Positions 48,611 to 59,366 of a stretch of DNA of 64,000 nucleotides are shown here, piece after piece (position 1 is the first letter of the stretch; every line of letters begins with the position of its first letter). Under the pieces are notes generated by a model. The model was not told where the DNA came from, made no database searches, and saw nothing but the letters and a program-made list of their open reading frames with translations. The stretch covers positions 76,407,642 through 76,471,641 of the forward strand of contig NC_057718.1 in NCBI RefSeq assembly GCF_004010195.1, read 5' to 3'. The position numbers were made by a program, and so were the translations under genes. The DNA comes from Chiloscyllium plagiosum (Eukaryota).

Positions 48611-49479
48611 GTTTTGTAGAAGTTGTACTAAAGGTGCCTTAAAAATAAAAAGATAAAGCTTTTAGCTAAAAATTACAGGTGTTACTTGATTCAAACAAGT
48701 ACAGATAAGACAGAAGAGTACTTATATGAAGCAAATCCAAATAAGCTTCTGTGGCATATTAATTGGACCCTTTTTTTGAGTTCCTTATTGCTGAAGTGAG
48801 GAGGTAAATCTTGAAGCAGCTGCATTGGTTCCTGTAGTTTATATAGTTGGTATCTCATTGTACAGGTAGTAACAATTTCCGAGTGGGAGGGAACAATCCT
48901 GGTTTCTGGTTCTGTGGGCTTACCAGTTTTAGCTGCCTTTTGTTGCTTTCTACAACAGACCATTAACTAGATCAAGATATCTCTCTCTTTCATTCTGGAG
49001 ATGAGTTTCTTACAAATTCTTCAAGGTGGAATCTCTCATTGTCGCAGCACCTTGACTTTTTTATATCACTTAATGCTTGCAAGCTAAGATGAACATTGTT
49101 ACCAGGTACCTTTGCAAAAAGTTAACTCACAGGCTTTGAAAGCATTCCAGAAACAGCCTTTCTTCCACCTGTTGTTCTTAGCTTTTGCTGTGGTTAATGC
49201 CCAACTTACATTCCAATAATGTGTCATGAATTAAGGTGGTGTTACCTAAATAAAAGCAAAATACTCTGGATGCTGACAATTTGAAATAAAAATATTATCT
49301 TCTGGAGAGAATATTTTACATATCTGGGCATGTCTCAGTAATCCACTTCGAGCTTGGATTTGAGTAGTGTTTTTATTTTCTGGTGTCCAATTACAGTCAG
49401 ATCAACATTTTTCCTAAATTTTGCAGTATTTAAAATCTCTTTTTTCCTAAAATTTATCACATAATCACACAATCATTAC

Positions 49480-49720
49480 AATGGCATTCTCAGCATCTAT
49501 TGTTAAATAACAAGCCATTTTTTAACAATAATTGCTGAATAACAGGGCATACTCAGAATCCATTGCTCATGTCAGGGCAATTACAATCCCTATTGGTTGA
49601 GATTGTGGCAATCCAGTCATTATAGCTGAATGTCAGTGTTTCTCAGCATCTAGTACTCAAAGTCAAGGCCTTCTCAAAATATGTCGCTGAATTTCTCACC
49701 ATTTTAAGCATCCATTGCAA
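49480..49720 (+). repeat. Degenerate 31-bp tandem array, segment 6
   Basis: GGCATTCTCAGCATCTATTG-like units. Confidence 0.6.
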
Positions 49721-49764
49721 AAGTGGTATTATCGCGAGATTAATGACCCTGAGACACAGATAAT

Positions 49765-50498
49765 AGATTGGAGTGGTGCTGGAAAAGCTCAGCAGTTCAG
49801 GCAGCATCCGAGGAGCAGTAAAATCGACGTTTCAGGCAAAAGCCCTTCGTCAGGAATACAGGCAGAGAGCCTGAAGGGTGGAGAGATAAATGAGAGGAGG
49901 ATGGGGGTGGGGAGAANNNNNNNNNNNNNNNNNNNNNNNNNNNNNNNNNNNNNNNNNNNNNNNNNNNNNNNNNNNNNNNNNNNNNNNNNNNNNNNNNNNN
50001 NNNNNNNNNNNNNNNNNNNNNNNNNNNNNNNNNNNNNNNNNNNNNNNNNNNNNNNNNNNNNNNNNNNNNNNNNNNNNNNNNNNNNNNNNNNNNNNNNNNN
50101 NNNNNNNNNNNNNNNNNNNNNNNNNNNNNNNNNNNNNNNNNNNNNNNNNNNNNNNNNNNNNNNNNNNNNNNNNNNNNNNNNNNNNNNNNNNNNNNNNNNN
50201 NNNCAGATACGGCGGAGGCGGAGGAATTGGGAATACGGGATGGCATTTTTGCAGGAGGTAGGGTGGGAAGAGGTATAATCCAGGTAGCTGTGGGAGTCAG
50301 TGGGTTTGTAAAAAATGTCGGTGTCAAGTCGGTTAATGGAGATGGAGAGGTCCAGGAAGGGGAGGGACGTGTCAGAGATGGTCCAGGTAAATTTAAGGTC
50401 AGGATGGAATGTGTTAGTGAAGTTGATGAATTGCTCAACCTCCTCGCGGGAGCACGAGGTGGCGCCAATGCAGTCATCTGCGGTCATTGTTTTTACTT
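49765..50498 (-). mobile_element. Penelope-like fragment with inverted terminus, spanning a gap
   Basis: RT peptide DDCIG...FHPDLKFTW...LPFLDL...FYKPTDSHSYLDYTSSHP. Hammerhead CTGACGAAGGGCTTTTGCCTGAAACGTC. 11-bp TSD ACACAGATAAT at 49754-49764 and 50499-50509. Confidence 0.92.
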
Positions 50499-50509
50499 AC
50501 ACAGATAAT

Positions 50510-52240
50510 GTCCTGGGAACTCAGGTTTGAATCCCGCCATGACAGATGGTGGAATTTGAATTCAATTTTTAAAAAAAGTTTGGAATTAAGAATGTACCGG
50601 TTAAAAATTCATCTGATTCAGTAATGTCCTTCAGGGAAGGAAATCTGCTATCTTCACCTGGTCTGGCTGACATGTGACTCCAGATACACAGCAATGTGGT
50701 TGACCCTCAATTGCCCTCTGAAATATTTGGCCTAACAAGCCATTCAGTTGTATGAATTGTTACAAAGTCTCTCCAAACCCAATACCACTTCCATGTAGAA
50801 GGACAAGGGCAGCAGATATATGGAAAACACCACCACCATCAAGTTTCTCTCCAAGTCAATCACCATCCTGACTTTGAAATATATTGTTGTTCCTTCACTT
50901 TTGCTGGGTCAAAATCCTAGAATTCCCCCCTAATGGCGTTCGACAAGATTCTCCATGGGAGACTGATCTCATGGAATATAGGGAGAAATAGCCATTTGGA
51001 TACAGAACTGACTCAAAGGTAGAAGACAGAGAGTGGTGGTGGAGGGTTGTTTTTCAGACTGGAGGCCTATGACCAGTGGAGTGCCACAAGGATCGGTGTT
51101 GGGTCCTCTACTTTTTGTCATTTACATAAATGATTTGGATGCGAGCATAGGAGGTACAGTTAGTAAGTTTGCAGATGACACCAAAATTGGAGGTGTAGTG
51201 GACAGCGAAGAGGGTTACCTCAGATTACAACAGGGTCTTGACCAGATGGGCCAATGGGCTGAGAAGTGGCAGTTGATGTTTAATTCAGATAAATGTGAGG
51301 TGCTGCATTTTGGGAAAGCAAATCTTAGCAGGACTTATACACTTAATGGTAAGGTCCTAGGGAGTGTTGCTGAACAAAGAGACCTTGGCATGCAGGTTCA
51401 TAGCTCCTTAAAAGTGAAGTCACAGGTAGATAGGATAGTAAAGAAGGCGTTTGGTATGCTTTCTTTTATTGGTCAGAGTATTGAGTACAGGAGTTGGGAG
51501 ATCATATTGCGGCTGTACAGGATATTGGTTAGACCACTGTTGGAATATTGTGTGCAATTCTGGTCTCCTTCCTATCGGAAAGATGTTGTGAAACTTGAAA
51601 GGGTTCGGAAAAGATTTACAAGGATGTTGCCAGGGTTGGAGGATTTGAACTGTAGGGAGAGGCTGAACAGGCTGGGGTTATTTTCCCTGGAGCGTCGGAG
51701 GCTGAGGGGTGACCTTATAGAGGTTTACAAAATTATGAGGGGCATGGATAGGGTAAATAGACAAAGTCTTTTCCCTGGGTTCGGGGAGTCCAGAACTAGA
51801 GGGCATAGGTTTAGGGTGAGAGGGAAAGATAGAATAAAGACCTAAGGGGCACCTTTTTCACACAGAGGGTGGTACAGCTATGGAATGAGCTGCCAGAGGA
51901 AGTGGTGGAGGCTGGTATAATTGCAACATTTAAGAGGCATTTGGATGGGTATGAATAGGAAGGGTTTGGAGGGATATGGGCCGGGTGCTGGCAGATGGGA
52001 CTAGATTGGGTTGGGATATCTGGTCGTCATGGACGGATTGGACTGAAGGGTCTGTTTCCATGCTGTACATCTCTATGACTCTATGACTCTATAATGGCAT
52101 TATGGGTCAACCCAGAGCAGGTGGACTGCAGCAGTTCAAGAAAGCAGCTCACCATCATCTTCTCAAGGGCAAGAAGGGACAGGCTATAAATGCTGGCCAC
52201 CAGTGATGCCCATGTCCCACAAAATGAATAAATATAAAAA
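50510..52240 (+). mobile_element. L2-tailed SINE / L2 3' fragment split by a CR1
   Basis: B-box-like GGTTTGAATCC; CTTCAGGGAAGGAAATCTGC; tail ATAAATGCTGGCC...GAATAAA. Confidence 0.7.
50938..52091 (+). mobile_element. Young 5'-truncated CR1 with a 270-aa open RT frame (51033-51845)
   Basis: GVPQGSVLGPLLFVIYINDL...SKFADDTK...LEYCVQFWSP. (CTATGACT)n tail. 7-bp TSD TAATGGC at 50931-50937 and 52092-52098. Confidence 0.96.
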
Positions 52241-52244
52241 ATGT

Positions 52245-53040
52245 CAAAGCATGTCATTGCACAATGTCAGTGCATGTCCTGCATCTGTTACTTGAGGGGA
52301 GGGCATTCAGTTTTATCTGCTCAATGTCTGGCCATTGTCAGATTATGTTGCTCAACAACAAAACACTTTTTCTTTCTCAACAAAAGGTCATTCTCAAGTG
52401 TTAGGGCATTTTAGTGGCTTCCGCTCAGACTAACATCATTCTAACTCTTGGAAGTTCAACATTGATGAATTCTCATTGATGAAATATCAACGTATCATCA
52501 GCATCTAATTCTTCAATGTTGTGGTACCTTGCACAGTGACTGGCATGGACACAATGGGCTGTAGGGCCTTTTTCCCTGCTGTAAAACTTATGATTCTATT
52601 GACCTATTTATCGTTCAATGTCACTACAGTATCAGCATCAATTGCTTAATATGCTAATTCATTCTCATCACATTTCCTCAAGGGCACTGTACTAACAGCT
52701 CTGTTTCCACAATGTGACTGCATTCTTTCCATTGCATCACTGCATTCTCTGTGTCACTCCTTTCTTAACAGCATTTCCTCAAGGTTATAGCCCTTGCAGC
52801 TTTTTGTTCCTCACTGTCATCACTTTCTCCACCCTATTTCCTCAATGATACTGCATTCATTGGAACATTTCCTCATTGTCATTGCATTCTCCACACCATT
52901 TCCTCAATGTCACCACATTCTCAGCTCCATTTCCTCAATGTCACCACATTCTCCACACCATTTCCTCAATGTCACCACATTTGCAGCAACACTTGCTCAT
53001 TGTCACTGCATTCTCAGCAGTGTTTCCTCAATATGTTCTG
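52245..53040 (+). repeat. 31-bp tandem array, segment 7 (variant unit, best conserved at 52860-53030)
   Basis: TTCCTCAATGTCACCACATTCTCCACACCAT repeated with period 31. Confidence 0.88.
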
Positions 53041-53245
53041 ACCCCAGCTGCTAGTAAGTCTGGACAAATCAGATCCCAGAACAATACCTGACTTAATAAA
53101 TTATATATTTAATTTTTTGCAGTTGGTAACATTGTGGGTTGTCTCTGAAAGCAGATGTTCTTTAACAGCAGAACAAACATTTATTATACAAAAAGAAGAC
53201 AACGAACAGACTATTACAGTTACAACAATCAGATATGACTTCTAA

Positions 53246-53604
53246 GGAGAAAGTGAGGACTGCAGATGCTGGAGATCAGAGCTGAAAATGTATTGCTGGA
53301 AAAGCGCAGCAGGTCAGGCAGCATCCAAGGAGCAGGAGAATCGACATTTCGAGCATGAGCCCTTCTTCAGGAATGAGGAAAGTGCGCCCAGCAGCCTAAG
53401 ATAAAAGGTAGGGAGGAGGGACTTGGGGGAGGGGTGTTGGAAATGCAATAGGTGGAAGGAGCTTAAGGTGACGGTGATAGGCCGGAGTAGGGGTGGGGGC
53501 GGAGAGGTCAGGAAGAAGATTGCAGGTTAGGAAGGTGGTGTTGAGTTCGAGGGTTGGGACTGAGACAAGGTGGGGGGAGGGGAAATGAGGAAACTGGAGA
53601 AATC
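53246..53604 (-). mobile_element. PLE 3' end with hammerhead core
   Basis: Minus strand CCTGAAGAAGGGCTCATGCTCGAAATGTCGA. 10-bp TSD TGACTTCTAA at 53236-53245 and 53605-53614. Confidence 0.9.
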
Positions 53605-53955
53605 TGACTTCTAACTCAACTTTTAAGTTGCTACTTAATTGAGTCCTTCCAGTTTCTTTTCCTTGAATTAAAGACACAATTTTATGATTCTTTCCAAGTC
53701 AGATAGCATGAACCGCTCACAATCCTGAGAACCCAAATTTTTTCAGTTCAAAAACCGAGATGATTTTTATCCAAACTGTCCTGGCTTGGAAATTGCACTG
53801 ACGAAAAAATACTTTTGCTGAGGCAAGTTGTTTCCTGAACTGAACTGGACTGCGTGAAACCTCTGCTAAGAAAGAATCCTTTCACTTTTGAAGTATGTTC
53901 TAATTTTCTTCTGAACTGAAGTCTAAGCAAAAGTAATGGCTTTGTTCTGTTTACT

Positions 53956-54153
53956 TGGTTAGAGACAAAAAAAAACTGCAGATGCTGGAATCCAAAGTAG
54001 ACAAACAGGAGGCTGGAAGAAGACAGGAAGCAGCATCAGGAGGGGGAGAAGTCAACACTTCAGTCCTTAAGAAGGGTTACACCCAAAACAATGACTTCTC
54101 CCCCTCCTGATGCTGCCTGATTTGCTGTGTTCTTTCAGCCTCCTGCTTGTCTA
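53956..54153. mobile_element. Fold-back PLE-derived mini-element
   Basis: Inverted repeat GCAGCATCAGGAGGGGGAGAAGTCA / TGACTTCTCCCCCTCCTGATGCTGC. 16-bp TSD CTTTGTTCTGTTTACT at 53940-53955 and 54154-54169. Confidence 0.88.
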
Positions 54154-54359
54154 CTTTGTTCTGTTTACTGTCTGTCATAAATTCATAAGTATTTTCTCTG
54201 TTAACAATAAGGCATAAGTCATATGTCTTCTTTGAATGATCCATTTGACTCTAACCTGGCTGTTAAAAGAAAAAGCTTCACAGAACTAACCCACATCAAT
54301 CTGCCTCTGTTTTGAAATCAAAATATACTACATTATAAGCATTTAATCATAATTGTCTT

Positions 54360-54755
54360 AATTTTCTCAATTGTTATTGCATTCTCAGAACCATTTTCTG
54401 AATGGCGCTGAATTCTCAGCATTTTTTGCAATACATTCCTGCATTCTCATTCACTGCTATTGAATTCTCCATTAATGTTTCAAGTCTGGTTACTCTTCAT
54501 CAGAACAATTCTGATGAAGAGTCCCTGGACGTGAAAGCTTAACTCCATTTTGTACCCATACATGCTGCCAGACATGCTGAATTTCTTTCAGATCGCCAAC
54601 ATTTGTAGCTTTTCATTTTAGATTATTGCATTTGTATTGTTTCCACAATGTTAGTGCATTTTTGTCACCATTTCATCATTGTCACTTCATTCCCTGCAGC
54701 ATTTCCTTATGTTCAGTGCATCGTCAGCACTATCTCTTCAATGCCAATGCAGTCC
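54360..54755 (+). repeat. 31-bp array, segment 8, with an old PLE mini-element (about 54472-54620)
   Basis: TTCTCAATTGTTATTGCATTCTCAGAACCAT-like units. CTGATGAAGAGTC core at 54511. Confidence 0.6.
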
Positions 54756-54763
54756 ATTTAGTG

Positions 54764-55040
54764 TATCGTACAACTTTGAGTATCCGAACATCAATTTTCC
54801 GAATTTTGGATTATCTGAACAAGATCTCAAGGTCCTGTAAAAATAGCATTAGGCAACTCAGCATTCAGCTATCAGTTAAACAGCATTATGGTTTGCATTG
54901 CCGGAGAACTGAGAAATGTTCAGATAACTGGCACTCATAAATTACCGCTTGTTTACCATCAGATCAATTATCCGAGTGATCAATTATCCGAACACAATGC
55001 TCCCCGTCTGTCTCGTTTGGATAATCGAGGTTCTACTGTA
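54764..55040. mobile_element. Tc1/mariner (pogo/Tigger-like) MITE
   Basis: Right TIR GTTTGGATAATCGAGGTTCTACTG followed by TA. Degenerate left TIR TA-TCGTACAACTTTGAGTATCCGAAC. Internal ATTATCCGA repeats. Confidence 0.7.
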
Positions 55041-55444
55041 GTTGTTAAAAGCAAGATTTAGGATTTTCGCTAACTAATAGTGAAGGAATGGTAATATAGT
55101 TTTAACTCTGGATGTTGTGTGGCTTGAAGTTAAATTTGCAGGTAATGGTGTTCCCTTTTGCTGCATTGGTTCCTCTCGGAGGTAGAGGTTGTGGGTTCAG
55201 TAGATTTTATTGAAGAAGCATTCTGAGATGATTTGGGAACTTTCTGCAGTTTCACAGAGGAGCCCGGTACTCTTTAATACTTACTGTCCAGCATAATCTG
55301 TTGATAAATGGTACACCAGTTGTCTCTCATACCCTTTACAGTTTCCAACCCATAGATTTCTGGGAAGAGGGATGAAACACACAATAGAGGCTATTTATTA
55401 AGGCAAGAGAAAAATAATTTTAATAGCGAGGACATGAGACTGTA

Positions 55445-55616
55445 ATCAAAAAGTGTGAAGCTGGTAAAGCACAGCAGATCAGGCAGCATCCAACAAGCAG
55501 AAGAATCAACGTTTCGGGCATGAGCCTCCTCCTCAAATGCTGCCTGACCTGCTGTGCTTTTCCAGCTCCACATTTTTCAACTCTGATCTCCAGCATCTGC
55601 AGTCCTCACTTTCTCT
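55445..55616. mobile_element. Fold-back PLE-derived mini-element
   Basis: Inverted repeat with imperfect 12-bp TSD CATGAGA(C/A)TGTA. Confidence 0.85.
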
Positions 55617-56026
55617 CATGAGAATGTAGATGAGTAAATCTACAGAAGCAAAAATGTTATGAATGGAGAGCCAAATACAAGACAGCAGGAAAATTGAAAG
55701 GAATAAATGAAATTGGGAACTGTGGATTCTGCAAATCTGAAACAAAAATAAAAATGTTTATTGAAACACAGCAGGTCTAGCAGAGTTAACATATTGAAGC
55801 CAGTTTCTCTTCATCAGAACTGATGAAAGTTGAAAGGGCTATTTTAAGTTAATTATAAGAGAGAAATATATACATATGTACTGAGAGGGAGAAATCAATA
55901 TTGAAAGGAAGATACACAAAAAAGGAGAACATAAATCATGTTTTGTGTTCCCTCTCTATAGTTTCTGCAGCACCAAATACTGATGTCAAGGTAAATACAG
56001 TTAAGTAAACTACACAGCTACTGTGC

Positions 56027-56144
56027 TGAAAATGTGTTGCTGGAAAAGCGCAGCAAGGCAGGCAGCATCCAAGGAACAGGAGAATCGACGTTTCGGGCAT
56101 AAGCCCTTCTTCAGGAATCGAGCATCTGCAGTCCTCACTTTCTC
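56027..56144. mobile_element. PLE-derived mini-element: inverted hammerhead arm plus forward 3' terminus
   Basis: Minus strand CCTGAAGAAGGGCTTATGCCCGAAACGTCGA (56085-56115). Exact 17-bp TSD CTACACAGCTACTGTGC at 56010-56026 and 56145-56161. Confidence 0.92.
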
Positions 56145-56225
56145 CTACACAGCTACTGTGCCTACAATAAAACGGGGTAAATGTCTGAGAAAAGTGGGAA
56201 TTAGCCAATAATTCATGATCTTATA

Positions 56226-56400
56226 AAGTCATAGAGATGTACAACATGGAAACAATCTCTTCGGTCCAACATGTCCATGCCGACCGGATATCCCAACCCA
56301 ATCTAGTCCCACCTATATCCCTGCCCATATCCCTCCAAACCCTTCCTATTCATGTACCCATCTAAATGCCTTTTAAATGTTGCAATTGTACCAGACTCCC
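56226..56400 (-). mobile_element. CR1 3' tail
   Basis: AGTCATAGAGATGTAC..., IATFKRHLDGYMNRKG on the minus strand. Confidence 0.92.
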
Positions 56401-59157
56401 CTATGTGTCTATCTAGCCTAATATTTTCAACCTTTGCATTCCTTTCATGGTCAGATTTTCTGGATGTCTCCTCCAACATGGACAGGCAGAATAGTTTATT
56501 TTTCTGTGCATTAGAATTATTGAATGGAATAACGTGATTCTCTGATATGTTCAGTGGATCAGGTTCCCCAATGGTGAGGCATATTCGGGAAATTACCCTT
56601 AACAAGTAGTTGTAATGCGCATGTTTGTATAAAGCTAAGGGTCTTCTCATTATCTTATTTAATGCAAGATTAATCACTGGTGATAGCTGAGAGGCACACT
56701 AGAATAAATTCAAATTTGTACATGCCATTCTAAAAAGTTTCAGAAATATAAAGTAAACTAAACTATAACATGCAATTCCAGTGAATGTTCTTGCTTGTTG
56801 TTTCTTATAGAATTCCCGACGTTGTTGATCTCTGAAAGCATAGCAATCATTGCACACAGCTCTGTGTCAACCAAAACTATGCCTTTTTTTCATGCAAAGT
56901 GCTCAAATTTTGTCACTCAAATTTTTTGCTCACTGTCTATTGATGTCATATGCAAAGAGCCAGGGGCTCTGCATTTGTGGACAATGTCGATCTTCACTGA
57001 TCAAATAGGAGCTGGCATGAAGAGGAAAGCTGCACAACCTAAAATAGTGCCTGTATGCAGATGAAATATTTGGCCAGAGGCCACAGAAGGAGTTGATGGT
57101 TTCACTCCTTCTTTCCTCAGTATGTGGCAGTTTGGCTGTAACTCCTCATAAGTCAGAACAGCTCAGCTGTTCTATAGCAAAGAGAACTGCTACAAAGTTT
57201 TCAGCTGTTGACAGGCTTGACTTGCTGAGAACACGGGTTAAATATAACTCAGGGGAACTGATTGCTACATAGCCACTAGTGTCACAGTATCTGAGGGCTG
57301 TATCAGCACCGACAGAGGAAACACAGCAGTGAGACATTAAACAGGAGAGCAACAGATTTATTTTCCAAACACTAACAGTTTCTAATCGGGAGCCTGTGTG
57401 GACTTTTTATGCTGGCCAGCCTGTCTAAAAGAAGAAACATACTCTCATCCTGTTTTCCACTATTTCCTGCATGATCTCAGCAGATGGTGGGTAGAGAGCA
57501 TAAAGGAACTCATCTTCATCTGTTCTATACTGTAGCAATGTTTGCCTGATCTATACTTACCCAAAGATTGTGGAACAATCTCTAATCACTGAACCTGTGC
57601 TCGATTTAGATCTGTTCTGTGTCTGATAACATCAGGTAAGAGAAGTTTCTTGTTATCTTTTCCCTCTAAGTTATCAAAATGAAATGAAAAGTAAAATAAA
57701 ATCACAGGTTCTACCATTAACAGCCTCTATTGTTTACAGATAGTGAAACATACATTGTCCATTTATCTCAAGTAGTGATGTGTATCCTTTAAACTGTAAA
57801 AAGGTTGATACAGTACTTTCCTTTCGAAACTGGAGGTATGAACAGAAATGGCCAATTTTTTTCTAATAGTGTTCTAATTGTATTATATCTATTATAATAT
57901 AGCACACATAAACTCGATCAAAGTAGCCTCAATCAACATTAGAGTCCAGAATTTGTTTTGTAACAACACAACAAAAAATGTTAATTAAATTGAGAACTCT
58001 TATTCTGCTCTTCCTCACTGTCTTCTCAATACAATAACATAAGCTTTTGAGTATTGGACTGGGACTTCTTTAAAAAATGTAATGGCAATATTATATTTTA
58101 AAAATGTTGTGTATTTCAGTCAAATGGTTCATATCTTTAAAGAAGCCAAACAATGCAAAACAAATTCTCATAATGAAAAATTAGCTATTGGAAATCTTTG
58201 CAATTTACTTCATTGTAATTTGGATATTTCATGGGTCATGATCGACAGCACTGTAGCTCAAGCAACTACCATCTGTTTAATGTTTTGTTCTGCTTTGCTG
58301 TGAATATCCAAGACAGACATAATGGATGTGATTGGTTATACAGACCACATAGATCCTTTTTTCACTCACAGCCTTATGTAAAGGCCAGTTACGGAGCAAT
58401 AGAAATACTAGCCTGAGCAGATGCAACTTCAGTCATTGGCCTATTCCTTGAGACAGTAAAGAAGTCTGTTACTTTCAAATAAGAGTCATGTAAATTATGT
58501 CTGGAATTGAATCCACAAATGTACTATGTATAGATGTTATAATACAAAATTTTGAGTCAGTTCATCATTTCTAAGATCCTTTTATGAGGCTGTGAATTTT
58601 CCGTTATTCTGAAACAATCAAGAGTACAGTATTCCCATGATTTATTCTTTTCCTTTTGGAATGATTCATTTTATTGGTGTTGTTGACTGCCATTTTAACA
58701 CCATTGTGTCATTGTTGCAGATTCTTCAGCAGTTATTTGGCAGTAACTAGCCATCATTTACCAGAAGGAATGTCTTACAAATGTTAACCCTTTGAAAACC
58801 ATATTGAAGTTTTTATATGTTAGGAATTAAAGCAAATAATTATTTTTTTAAATCTTTCAATTGGCTAAATAAAATGAAAAGTTGTTGTTTTGGAAGTTTG
58901 AGTTCATTATCTGAATTCTAAAGAAAATCAATTATGTATATATTTTACTATGAAGACCATGGGTACATTTTGAAAGCTTTGTCATTGAAAGAAAGATTAA
59001 TTCTGAGAAGTAAAAAAATTATTAGCTATGGTGACATCACTTCAAGTGGCATAGAAGAATAAACTCTAGAGAATGTTTAGAAAATCTGTTAGACACTAAC
59101 TTCAGTATGACATTAAGCCATTTAGAAGTTCATGTTCTTCATCCTACAAAGATGGAA

Positions 59158-59366
59158 ACAAAAACAGAAATTGCTGGAAAAGCTCAGCTAGTCTGGCAGC
59201 ATCTTTAGCAAGAAATCAGAGTTAATGTTTCAGATCCAGTGATTCTTCCTCAGAATCTGAAACGTTAACTCTGATTTCTCTCCATAGATGCTGCCAGATC
59301 TGCTAAGCCTTTCTCGCAATTTCTGTTTTTGTTTCTGATTTCCCGCATTCGCTGTTCTCTCAGTTT
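59158..59366. mobile_element. Fold-back PLE-derived mini-element (third variant)
   Basis: Inverted repeat ACAAAAACAGAAATTGC...AGAAATCAGAGTTAA / TTAACTCTGATTTCT...GCAATTTCTGTTTTTGT. 13-bp TSD TACAAAGATGGAA at 59145-59157 and 59367-59379. Confidence 0.88.
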
